Position numbers and translations under genes: made by a program. From Raphidiopsis brookii D9 (GTDB taxonomy: Bacteria > Cyanobacteriota > Cyanobacteriia > Cyanobacteriales > Nostocaceae): a DNA stretch of 32,000 nucleotides. The stretch lies in NCBI GenBank assembly GCA_000175855.1, contig ACYB01000040.1, positions 1 to 32,000 of the forward strand. Direction: 5' to 3'. This document shows positions 8,993 to 16,904 of this stretch, piece after piece (position 1 is the first letter of the stretch; the number at the start of each line of letters is the position of its first letter). The notes under the pieces were generated by a model that searched no databases, was not told where the DNA came from, and saw only the letters and a program-made list of their open reading frames with translations.

Positions 8993-9817
8993 TTATTTTC
9001 CCCAATCCATTAAACTTGAAAGTTCCTCGAAAATAGTTAGTCGCATTTCGGCTAAGGTGTGTGCTTCCTTAAAACGGGGTTTCGGTTGCATAATCCGCCA
9101 TTCTCGATCAATTGCCCCCGGATAACGACTCATTAAAAATATGCGATCGCCTAGCAGAAGGGCTTCGTCAATATCATGAGTCACGAGCAAGATTGTACTT
9201 TGATGCTGCTCAATTACCTCTAATAAAAGCTTCTGCATTTCTAGTCGGTTAATGGCATCAAGTCCGCTAAAAGGCTCATCCAGCAACAATAGTTTGGGTT
9301 GACGAGCAAGCGCACGTCCTAAAGCTACTCGCTGTGCCATACCTCCAGATAACTGATGAGGATACGCTTGTTCAAATTTATCTAGGTTAACACTAGTAAT
9401 TGCTAAGTTAATACGCGATTCTAGTTCAGCTTTGGATAAAGAGTCCATCCGGGTGAATTGTAATCCAAAACCAATATTTTGCCTAACACTCAACCAGGGA
9501 AGTAATGCCGCCTGCTGAAAGACTAAACCAATTTGGGGGTGCGGGGAAGTCAGGGGACGACCCTCTAAATAAATTTGTCCTTTATTGGCAGATTTTAAAC
9601 CGGCGATCGCCATTAGCAGTGAAGACTTTCCACATCCACTGGCACCTAAAAGACATACCACTTCTCGATGACAAACATCTAAATTGATATTGGCAAAAGC
9701 AGTATAAGTCCCTCGACGAGTCTTATAATTCATCTGTAAACCTTCTACTTTCAGCAGAGGCTCACTTCCTACAGAGGTTAGTCTTGACCTAGTGACAGTT
9801 GTATGGTAATCCATCAC
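8993..9817 (-). CDS. ABC transporter ATP-binding protein (NitT/TauT family)
   Basis: Walker A GASGCGKSS, signature LSGGMAQRV, Walker B LLLLDEPFSGLD, H-loop VTHD. The start overlaps the upstream gene end by 29 nt. Confidence 0.9.
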   Translation of the reverse strand: MMDYHTTVTRSRLTSVGSEPLLKVEGLQMNYKTRRGTYTAFANINLDVCHREVVCLLGASGCGKSSLLMAIAGLKSANKGQIYLEGRPLTSPHPQIGLVFQQAALLPWLSVRQNIGFGLQFTRMDSLSKAELESRINLAITSVNLDKFEQAYPHQLSGGMAQRVALGRALARQPKLLLLDEPFSGLDAINRLEMQKLLLEVIEQHQSTILLVTHDIDEALLLGDRIFLMSRYPGAIDREWRIMQPKPRFKEAHTLAEMRLTIFEELSSLMDWGK

Positions 9818-10889
9818 TTTTTTCCTTAACCAATCTGTGTCGATACAATTCAGTTTCTAATTGAACCAAGCTAGGGGTTAACACAGGTAAAAATGCCACC
9901 TCTCTTAGTCGTCGAGCTGTGCCGCTCGGTTTCAAATATCCAGTACCTCCTTTGGCCTCTAATTCCATTTGAACCACTTCAACTGCTAAACGGGTTAATT
10001 TAACTCGTACTTCAAATAGCTGACGCATTTGTGTCAAAGTAAAGGCTGATAAGTTGCTCAAATAGGAAATATGATTTTCCAGATTTGACAATGTTGCTGT
10101 ACTAGCTCCTAATCGTGAGGCTAACACCTCCCGGTTATTGGTATTTATACTTTGCCTAGTTTCTTTCAGAGATCTCCGTGCCATACCCAGAGCTAATCCA
10201 CATTGCATTAGCAAAAATGCGGGACGAATTTTGGGTAAGAATTCTGCCCCATTGTCACTAATAATCCAAGAATGGCAAAGCTGCACATTATTGAATTTCA
10301 GGCTACTTGTCCAGGATGCCTGTAACCCAAGTAGCTGTAGATCCTCTCCCCGATTTAATCCAGAGATGTCAGCAGGAACTGCAATTACCATGGACTTCCC
10401 ACAGTCGGTTTGCCCTGCAACTGCAATCACAAATTTTTCCGGACGTAGATTGGAGGCCCAGGGCAAAAAACCGTTGATAGTCACATTTTCGTTATCGATC
10501 TCGACTTGTAGCCGCAGTTTTTCAATCCCTGCCAGATATTTCATCGCATTAGACAGACCAGTAGCACCTGATAACTCTCCTTTGAGTACCATGGGCAAAA
10601 TTTCTGACTGGAGGTAATGGTTACCACTAGCAGATAGATATTCCATAAATGCTCTTTGGCACCAAAACACAAAACCACTGGTAAGACATTGTTCAGAAAC
10701 ACTGGCGATCGCCTCTACCACATCTGATAAACCACCCCCGGAACCACCTAAAGAAGAAGATAGTCCCAATGCTAAGTAACCCGATCGTGCCAGGGTAATC
10801 AGAGACTTATCAATACTGAATCCATTTAATCCATCATTAAAGTATCCGGCACATTCAGATAATTGCAGTGTTGAATCTTGGAGGAGCAT
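9789..10889 (-). CDS. Acyl-CoA dehydrogenase-fold protein, probably a flavin-dependent monooxygenase of the MsuC/SfnB/DszC type
   Basis: Start placed at ATG 10889 (MLLQDSTLQ...), 10 nt after the upstream stop; the track ORF reaches 10934. Length and layout match ACADs, including ELSGATGLSNAMKY and a C-terminal four-helix region. It lacks the YEGT/catalytic-Glu region of true ACADs and has GGTGYLKPSGTARRLREVAF instead. Confidence 0.7.
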   Translation of the reverse strand: MLLQDSTLQLSECAGYFNDGLNGFSIDKSLITLARSGYLALGLSSSLGGSGGGLSDVVEAIASVSEQCLTSGFVFWCQRAFMEYLSASGNHYLQSEILPMVLKGELSGATGLSNAMKYLAGIEKLRLQVEIDNENVTINGFLPWASNLRPEKFVIAVAGQTDCGKSMVIAVPADISGLNRGEDLQLLGLQASWTSSLKFNNVQLCHSWIISDNGAEFLPKIRPAFLLMQCGLALGMARRSLKETRQSINTNNREVLASRLGASTATLSNLENHISYLSNLSAFTLTQMRQLFEVRVKLTRLAVEVVQMELEAKGGTGYLKPSGTARRLREVAFLPVLTPSLVQLETELYRHRLVKEKSDGLPYNCH

Positions 10890-10899
10890 AAAACTTTCC

Positions 10900-11427
10900 T
10901 CAGTGTAGATTACGGATGGAAGTAAGAGCATCAATGGGCGCGCCTAGGATTTCCCGGGCCTGCTTAACAGTAGACTCATCAGGGCTTTCATATAAACATA
11001 AGCACTTACTTAAGTCTTCACAAACATAAGTACGTTCAAATTTTACCTGTGGCACCTGAGCGTAGAGAGGCGACTTTTCTGCTTTTCGCTGCAAGTAACC
11101 CTCCATGGTCAACCCAGCTGGTAAATTCCACTCTACTAAGTAGTTGGCATTGTGTTTGCGTGCCTTCAAAGTTGTTAAATCCTGTCCCAGGAGACGTACT
11201 GGCTTAACTGTAGTAGTAGCTAACCCACCTGCTTCAAAACTTTTTTGGGCGATCGCCGGTTCAAGGGCATCAATCACCACAAACAGTCGTTGCAAATCTT
11301 CTCCTACCTGGGCCTCGATTAATTCTGCACCAAAGTTGATTGCAGCAGTAGCAATGACATCCAGGGACTGTCCGATCTTTTCCGCTTGCAGTTCCGTAAT
11401 AAATCCCTCAATTAAGTACAGTGACAT
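10900..11427 (-). CDS. DUF4242-like protein (SCO4226 nickel-binding-protein family), possibly two tandem domains
   Basis: 175 aa. The second half, YLVEWNLPAGLTMEGY...VKFERTYVCEDLSKCLCLYESPDESTVKQAREILGAPIDAL, fits the DUF4242 pattern as I remember it. The first half is weaker. Confidence 0.45.
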   Translation of the reverse strand: MSLYLIEGFITELQAEKIGQSLDVIATAAINFGAELIEAQVGEDLQRLFVVIDALEPAIAQKSFEAGGLATTTVKPVRLLGQDLTTLKARKHNANYLVEWNLPAGLTMEGYLQRKAEKSPLYAQVPQVKFERTYVCEDLSKCLCLYESPDESTVKQAREILGAPIDALTSIRNLH

Positions 11428-11698
11428 TTCATCTAAACCTCACAGAAGTCAGTGAACCACCAGTTAAAGCCTGGTGAAGAAACAATAGTTACTACACTAC
11501 ATTTATACTACTGTTACTTGGTAGGTTTATTGTAGTTATATAAATCATACAGGGCAAAGATAAAAAAAGCAACAAAGTTAGATTTTTTAAACAAAAAAAT
11601 AGGCTTATTTAGATAACAAGAATTTCATTTCCAAATACGCCTATATTTTTTAATGAGGATGGTAAAGAGTAAAAATAGACCCTAAAGTTGAAGGAGGC

Positions 11699-12301
11699 TC
11701 AGGAAACCACAGCAGCCACATTTTGGAAGTAGACTGGCTCATTTCCCAATCGCCACTTGATGTTACAACCAATGCTAGGCTTCTGGTTATGACTCACCTG
11801 GTGACCAGCTAAAATAGCTGTAATGGCAGCTCGTAAATCTTTGCCAGTTACGGGGATACCATTTTGAGGACGACTATCATCTAACTGTCCACGGTAGATA
11901 AGCTTCCGTTCAGCATCAAACAAAAAGAAATCAGGGGTACAAGCAGCAAAAAAGTCCTTTGCGGTTTTTTGTGTTTCATCAAAAAGCACAGGATAAGCCA
12001 GATCTAATTCCTGGGCAAAAGCCTTCAAAAATTCTGGTGCATCATCGGGATGACTACTAATATCATTAGCACTAATAGCCAGGATTCCCAAATTACTTTC
12101 TAGATAATCTTTTCCTAACTGGGCCAATTCAAACTTAATGTGTTGCACAAAGGGACAGTGGCGACTCAAGAATATGACTAGTAAAGCTCTTTTATCGGCA
12201 AAGTCAGCCAGGGAAAATGACTTACCAGAAACCACATCTGGTAAGTAAAAATTCGGAGCTAAGGTGCCCAAAGGTAACATTGTCGAAGCAGTTTTGACCA
12301 T
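11699..12301 (-). CDS. Thioredoxin-fold, peroxiredoxin-like protein (PRX_like1 type, single active-site Cys)
   Basis: Start placed at ATG 12301 (MVKTASTMLPLG...), which removes the overlap with tauD; the track ORF reaches 12388. AhpC/TSA-like LAPNFYLPDV...ALLVIFLSRHCPFVQH. Confidence 0.65.
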   Translation of the reverse strand: MVKTASTMLPLGTLAPNFYLPDVVSGKSFSLADFADKRALLVIFLSRHCPFVQHIKFELAQLGKDYLESNLGILAISANDISSHPDDAPEFLKAFAQELDLAYPVLFDETQKTAKDFFAACTPDFFLFDAERKLIYRGQLDDSRPQNGIPVTGKDLRAAITAILAGHQVSHNQKPSIGCNIKWRLGNEPVYFQNVAAVVS

Positions 12302-12344
12302 AAAACATGTATCCTTGAAATAATTGACGCAAATCTGACGTAAA

Positions 12345-13262
12345 TCAAACACCCACAGGTACACGCTTATTATAATAAATAGAGGCATCCCCTTTCACGG
12401 CTTGACTTTTTTGACCATTAACACTAACGGGTACATCACCTACAATAGTAACTCTCTGAACCCGACGAGGCTGATTACCATAATCTGCTATGGCATAGTG
12501 TTGGGTAGCGCGATTATCCCAAAATGCCACATCACCCACTTTCCAACGCCAACGGACTGTATTTTCTGGGCGCGTTACATAGGACTGCAACAATTGAATA
12601 ATATGATCTGACTCCGTTGTAGATAGTCCCCTAATCTGTCTGACGAAACCACCGATAAATAATCCTTTTTCCCCAGACTCAGGATGAACACGTACTACTG
12701 GATGTAAAGTTTCATACACAGTTGAGGTAAAAACTTCTCGATAAGCCTTGAGATCCTCGGAAAGATTGACTGCAGCTTCGGCATAGTCATAGGCATTGCT
12801 GTGAACTGCCCATAGCTCATCAGCAAGTTGACGCAGGTGTTCTGGTAAGTCGCGATATGCTGTTACGGAATTGCCCCAAATAGTATCACCACCATAAGCC
12901 GGAATTTCTAAGGCCCGCAAAATAGAACCCAGAGGAGGACGGTCCACAAATGTGACATCAGTATGCCAATTGTTTGCACGAGCAGCTGTTTTCCCATAGT
13001 CCAAATCTAATATTTCTGGGTGACCTGTTAAAGATGGAACTGTAGGATGAGCTGTTGTAATTTCTCCAAATCGACGGGCAAAATCGATTTGATTCTCAGC
13101 ACTAAGATGTTGATTACGGAAAAAGATTACTTTATATTCAACAAGGGCACGACGAATTTCACTAATAATTGCATCACTGAGATTTTCTTGCAAATCAATT
13201 TCTAAGATCTTGGCACCGATACGTCCAGCAATTGGCTTAATCTTTAAGTATTGATAAGTCAT
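12345..13262 (-). CDS. tauD: TauD/TfdA-family Fe(II)/2-oxoglutarate dioxygenase (taurine/alkyl-sulfonate or sulfate-ester dioxygenase)
   Basis: 305 aa. Facial-triad region NNWHTDVTFVDRPPLGSILRALEIPAYGGDTIW, distal WAVHS, and FWDNRATQHYA. Substrate cannot be assigned from sequence. Confidence 0.9.
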   Translation of the reverse strand: MTYQYLKIKPIAGRIGAKILEIDLQENLSDAIISEIRRALVEYKVIFFRNQHLSAENQIDFARRFGEITTAHPTVPSLTGHPEILDLDYGKTAARANNWHTDVTFVDRPPLGSILRALEIPAYGGDTIWGNSVTAYRDLPEHLRQLADELWAVHSNAYDYAEAAVNLSEDLKAYREVFTSTVYETLHPVVRVHPESGEKGLFIGGFVRQIRGLSTTESDHIIQLLQSYVTRPENTVRWRWKVGDVAFWDNRATQHYAIADYGNQPRRVQRVTIVGDVPVSVNGQKSQAVKGDASIYYNKRVPVGV

Positions 13263-13335
13263 TTTCAGCTCCTAAATACTATCCGTTATAAAAGACTTAC
13301 CCAAACTTACCCAGCACTAGACCTAATTATACAAA

Positions 13336-13364
13336 ATAACTGGAACTAAGGGGTAGTTGGTGAT
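13336..13364. repeat. Copy 1 of a 29-nt direct repeat with AACTA-N5-TAGTT palindromic core; candidate operator
   Basis: ataactggaactaaggggtagttggtgat. It is 27/29 identical to 13523-13551, and both mismatches lie in the 5-nt spacer of the palindrome. Confidence 0.45.
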
Positions 13365-13522
13365 CTATTTCTGCTTTGTCTTAACTACAAAATATTTAAA
13401 CACTAAATGCCTATCGATATTTAGCAGTATTAATGTATATTCCCAGGAAATTATTCAAAAAACAAGTATCTATCAATACATTTTTTGATTCAATACATTT
13501 CTTTATTTATTGAAAATGATTC

Positions 13523-13551
13523 ATAACTGGAACTAAGCGATAGTTGGTGAT
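13523..13551. repeat. Copy 2 of the 29-nt direct repeat; candidate operator
   Basis: ataactggaactaagcgatagttggtgat, starting 187 nt downstream of copy 1, in the tauD/porin divergent intergenic region. Confidence 0.45.
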
Positions 13552-13898
13552 TTTTGCCCTACCAGTAAAAATACAAAAATGTATTCCCTAATACTTGACT
13601 TTTATATTTTTTATGCAGTAGTATCAGGGGCGTGATTTAAATACGGTTACTCTATCGAGTTTTAGTAGATAACTAAAACCAATGGGTGTAACCATTTTGT
13701 TTGAGCAATCATGTTATCGCGTCTGACTAAGGCGTGCAAGTCTACTGAGGGATAACCGCTCGCTCCCGTTGAAGTAGAAAGTAAAGTCTAGTTTCGTCTA
13801 GGTTTTATGTAGCAGAATGTGTAGAACTTTTCCATTTCAAAGTTTTTACGCTTTTTTGAACAAAAAATGTGTTCTTTTGTATATGTGTGGTGAGAGGA

Positions 13899-15575
13899 AT
13901 GAAAAAACCCGCTGAAAATTTATTAATTGTTTTGCCCATATCCCTAGGATTATTAGCCATAACCAGTGGACCTAAGACTATTGCCAGTGAATCAAGAAAA
14001 GAAAATGAGCAGATAAATCAGCAACTAGATGTTTTATACACACAGAATCAAGATAGCGGGTCCCAAACTACATCAGTTTCGCAGTTTTCAGATGTACAGC
14101 CAACAGATTGGGCATTTCAAGCATTACAGTCCTTAATTGAGCGATACAACTGTATTAGTGGTTATCCAGACAGTACATTTCGTGGTGGACGCACGTTGAA
14201 CCGCTATGAATTTGCCGCCAGTCTGAGTGCCTGTTTAGAAAGAGTTAATGAAATAATTAGTTCTGCAACATCAGATTTAGTGCCTAGATCTGATTTAGAC
14301 AAAATTGATCAACTAACTGGTGAGTTTAAGAATGAACTTAGTCAATTTAGGGGAAGACTAGATAAGTTAGAAAGAAGACTAGATAAAGTGGAAGCCAATC
14401 AGTTTTCCACAACAACAAAATTACAGGGTGCAGTCCAGTTTGTACTGGGAGGAGTTTTAAGAGGGAATAACGTTATAACTAAACAACCTGCCCCCCGTAA
14501 TATCACATTTCAAGAGCAAGCTCGTTTAATACTAAACAGTAGTTTCACGGGTAAGGATCAGCTGCGGTTAACCCTTGTGGGTGGCAATATTGAGTCATTA
14601 GGAAATGCCAGTGGAGCTGGTGTTTTTGGAACATTCGATGGAAGAACAGCAGACAATCGTAGCCCTGCTTTTGCAGCTAATCAGATTGTCCTAGCTGGTG
14701 TTCGTTATCGTTTCCCCATCGGGAAAAACACACAATTCAATATTTTTGCTCAGTCTGATGGAGCGAACGAAATTGGTTTAAGTGGTCCGACCAATCCATT
14801 TGAAGGGTCTGCTTCCAATGGAATATCAAGATTTTCTCGACGCAACATGGTTTATAACTATGGGGATACAGGCCCGGGAATTGCTATTCTTCACAATTTA
14901 AGTGACCAATGGCAATTAGGTTTATCATACACAGCTCCCAATGGTGACAATCCCGCAGTTAATAATGGACTGTTTGCTGGTAGATATGTAGCTTTTGGAC
15001 AAATAACATATTTTAGTCCTAAGAAAAATTTCCGTTTTGGTCTAAGCTATGCCAACACTTACAGTCCAGCAGGTACCATTGGTCAGGGTGGAACCAACTT
15101 TGGACCTGCTGCAGGTAGTAATTTGGCTAACAGTATTATTCCCACAGAAAAAGGTGGTGCAGGAACACTTGGTAATCTATATGGTGTTGGTGCATTGTAT
15201 AGGATTAATCCTAGATTGACCTTTAATGTTTTTGGGGGCTACTCGGCACATCGATACCTAAGAAATGGTGACGGTGAAGTCTGGAACTGGGGTGCAGGGT
15301 TAACATTCCCTGACTTAGGTAAAAAGGGTAGTCTAGGTGCTATTTTTGCTGGTATGGCACCGAAATTGACTGGTTTAAGTTCCAATATTGATTTGGGAGC
15401 AGGTAAAGGTAAAACTGATAAAGATACCTCCTTACATATTGAAGGATGGTACCAATATAAGCTGACTGATAATATTCAAATTACACCTGGATTTATTTGG
15501 ATAACAGCACCGAATTCAAATAGTACTAATCCCGCCAGTTTGGTTGGTTGGCTACGTACAACTTTTACCTTCTAG
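13899..15575 (+). CDS. Outer-membrane porin, SLH domain + coiled coil + OprB-family beta-barrel
   Basis: The track ORF starts at GTG 13869; ATG 13899 (MKKPAENLLIVLPISLGLLAI) is preceded by GAGAGGA. SLH block FSDVQPTDWAFQALQSLIERYNCISGYPDSTFRGGRTLNRYEFAASL, coiled-coil RGRLDKLERRLDKVEANQFSTTTKL, a Gly/Asn/Tyr-rich barrel, and a C-terminal ...TTFTF. Confidence 0.85.
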   Translation: MKKPAENLLIVLPISLGLLAITSGPKTIASESRKENEQINQQLDVLYTQNQDSGSQTTSVSQFSDVQPTDWAFQALQSLIERYNCISGYPDSTFRGGRTLNRYEFAASLSACLERVNEIISSATSDLVPRSDLDKIDQLTGEFKNELSQFRGRLDKLERRLDKVEANQFSTTTKLQGAVQFVLGGVLRGNNVITKQPAPRNITFQEQARLILNSSFTGKDQLRLTLVGGNIESLGNASGAGVFGTFDGRTADNRSPAFAANQIVLAGVRYRFPIGKNTQFNIFAQSDGANEIGLSGPTNPFEGSASNGISRFSRRNMVYNYGDTGPGIAILHNLSDQWQLGLSYTAPNGDNPAVNNGLFAGRYVAFGQITYFSPKKNFRFGLSYANTYSPAGTIGQGGTNFGPAAGSNLANSIIPTEKGGAGTLGNLYGVGALYRINPRLTFNVFGGYSAHRYLRNGDGEVWNWGAGLTFPDLGKKGSLGAIFAGMAPKLTGLSSNIDLGAGKGKTDKDTSLHIEGWYQYKLTDNIQITPGFIWITAPNSNSTNPASLVGWLRTTFTF

Positions 15576-15635
15576 GCCATTTCTTCAGGGGGTTGGGTAA
15601 AAGTATAATTTATTGCAATAAGCTGTAATCTTTTC

Positions 15636-15664
15636 GATGCGTTAGGTGATAGCCGTAACGCATC
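15636..15664 (+). other. 9-bp stem-loop downstream of the porin gene (possible non-canonical terminator or RNA processing site)
   Basis: gatgcgtta / taacgcatc pair perfectly around an 11-nt loop. It is followed by ctaccccccc, so there is no U-tract. Confidence 0.3.
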
Positions 15665-15769
15665 CTACCCCCCCATACATTACTTAATAGTAAATTGCTA
15701 AACTGGCTAATTTTTAAGTCTTTTTGAACTGCAGTCTACTGTAACAGTTAATTAATTATCCGTAAAACC

Positions 15770-16813
15770 ATGAAAATACCATTTCTTTCCCAACGTCGTG
15801 CGGCCTTAAAACGCATTCTTCAATACTCAGTTCTAGGATTATTTAGCTTGTCTTTCCCCTTATTAAGTATTAGTTTGCAGCCAACTCAAGCACAACAAAA
15901 ATCCGGTTTTAGTTCTAAGGAGATTAACTTGGCATATCAAACATCAGGAGACATTGTTAAGGTGAAAAAGGTTGTTGAACCGAGATTTCAAGCTCTAGGT
16001 GTAAAGGTAAATTGGATTGGTCCATTTCCAGCAGGTCCCCAATTGATAGAAGCCATGAATGCAGGCAAAGTGGATATTGGTACTGTAGGAGAAACACCAC
16101 CAATTTTTTCTCAAGCTGCTGGAATCACGGAAGTGATTTATATTGCTGGCAGAGTGCCTAGTAGAGGATTAGGGCAAGGTGTTATTGTGAGGGCTAATTC
16201 TCCTATTAAAAAATTAGCTGATATTAAAGGTAAGAGGGTTGCTTTTCAAAGAGGATCTAATGCCCACTACTTATTAGCCAAAGCCCTAAAAGAAGTAGGA
16301 CTAAAAATCAGTGATGTCACAGTAGTTGGGTTAACACCATCGGAAGCTCGTGATGCTTTTGTACAGGATAAGGTAGAGGTTTGGGTAGGTGGTGACCCCT
16401 TTTTAGCACTCGTGGAAAAAACCATTCCCGTTCGTAATCTCAGAAATGCAGCAAGAATTAATACTCTAGGTGGTTTTTATTTAGGTAGACGGGAGTTTAT
16501 CAACAAAAACCCCCAATTGGTACGTATATTTCTAGAAGAGGCGGATAAGATTGGGGAGTGGGCAGAGAATAATCCCAAGGAAGTGGCTAAGGCGTTTGCA
16601 CCTGAATTAAAAATAGATGAGTCAGTTTTAGAAACCGTGGCACGGAGACGTACATATAGACTCAGAAAGCTGACACCAGCAATTATTGCCGAACAACAGC
16701 AGGTTGCTGATTTCTATTTCGAAGAAAAAATCATCCCGCGTAAAATTAACGTCAAAGATACAACTCTTCCTTCTGAATTATCTAGGGTAATCACACCTGA
16801 CCGTTTGAAGTGA
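15770..16813 (+). CDS. ssuA: Aliphatic sulfonate-type ABC transporter substrate-binding protein (SsuA family), paralog 2
   Basis: 347 aa with a signal peptide (SQRRAALKRIL...SISLQPTQAQ). FPAGPQLIEAMNAGKVDIGTVGETPPIFSQAAG and QQQVADFYFEEKIIPRKINV parallel paralog 1. Confidence 0.85.
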   Translation: MKIPFLSQRRAALKRILQYSVLGLFSLSFPLLSISLQPTQAQQKSGFSSKEINLAYQTSGDIVKVKKVVEPRFQALGVKVNWIGPFPAGPQLIEAMNAGKVDIGTVGETPPIFSQAAGITEVIYIAGRVPSRGLGQGVIVRANSPIKKLADIKGKRVAFQRGSNAHYLLAKALKEVGLKISDVTVVGLTPSEARDAFVQDKVEVWVGGDPFLALVEKTIPVRNLRNAARINTLGGFYLGRREFINKNPQLVRIFLEEADKIGEWAENNPKEVAKAFAPELKIDESVLETVARRRTYRLRKLTPAIIAEQQQVADFYFEEKIIPRKINVKDTTLPSELSRVITPDRLK

Positions 16814-16904
16814 TTTGTAGGTAGTATATTAACCTCAATTTGGGTTAAGCGCTTAGATACATTCCGTTAAAAGCCATTTACATTTATTCAATAGTGAGTT
16901 TTTT

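Noticed and set aside
11131-11150. actaagtagttgg, resembling the 29-nt repeat core
   Set aside because: It lies inside the DUF4242-like coding region and lacks the spacer and flanks of the repeat. Judged coincidental.
10138-11455. Plus-strand ORFs 10138-10617 (159 aa) and 11144-11455 (103 aa)
   Set aside because: They lie antisense to the ACAD-fold and DUF4242-like genes, which form a tightly coupled operon. The translations are Ser/Arg/Pro-rich and without motifs.
13640-13830. Possible known riboswitch in the porin leader (TPP, ykkC/guanidine-I, glutamine)
   Set aside because: I compared by eye with the consensus cores as I remember them: CUGAGA...CUGGAUAAUGCCAGCG for TPP, GGUCCGAGAG...ACGGCGGGA for ykkC, and CGGAAGUAGG for the glutamine riboswitch. 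Only scattered partial matches were found (cugaggg, ggauaaccgc, gaaguaga), and none has the required helices. It is kept only as an unassigned structured or GC-rich segment.
16829-16848. 6-bp hairpins after ssuA paralog 2 (ttaacc...ggttaa) and after the haloperoxidase-like gene (agttga...tcaact, ~18715-18740)
   Set aside because: Short stems with no U-tract, within operons where read-through is expected.
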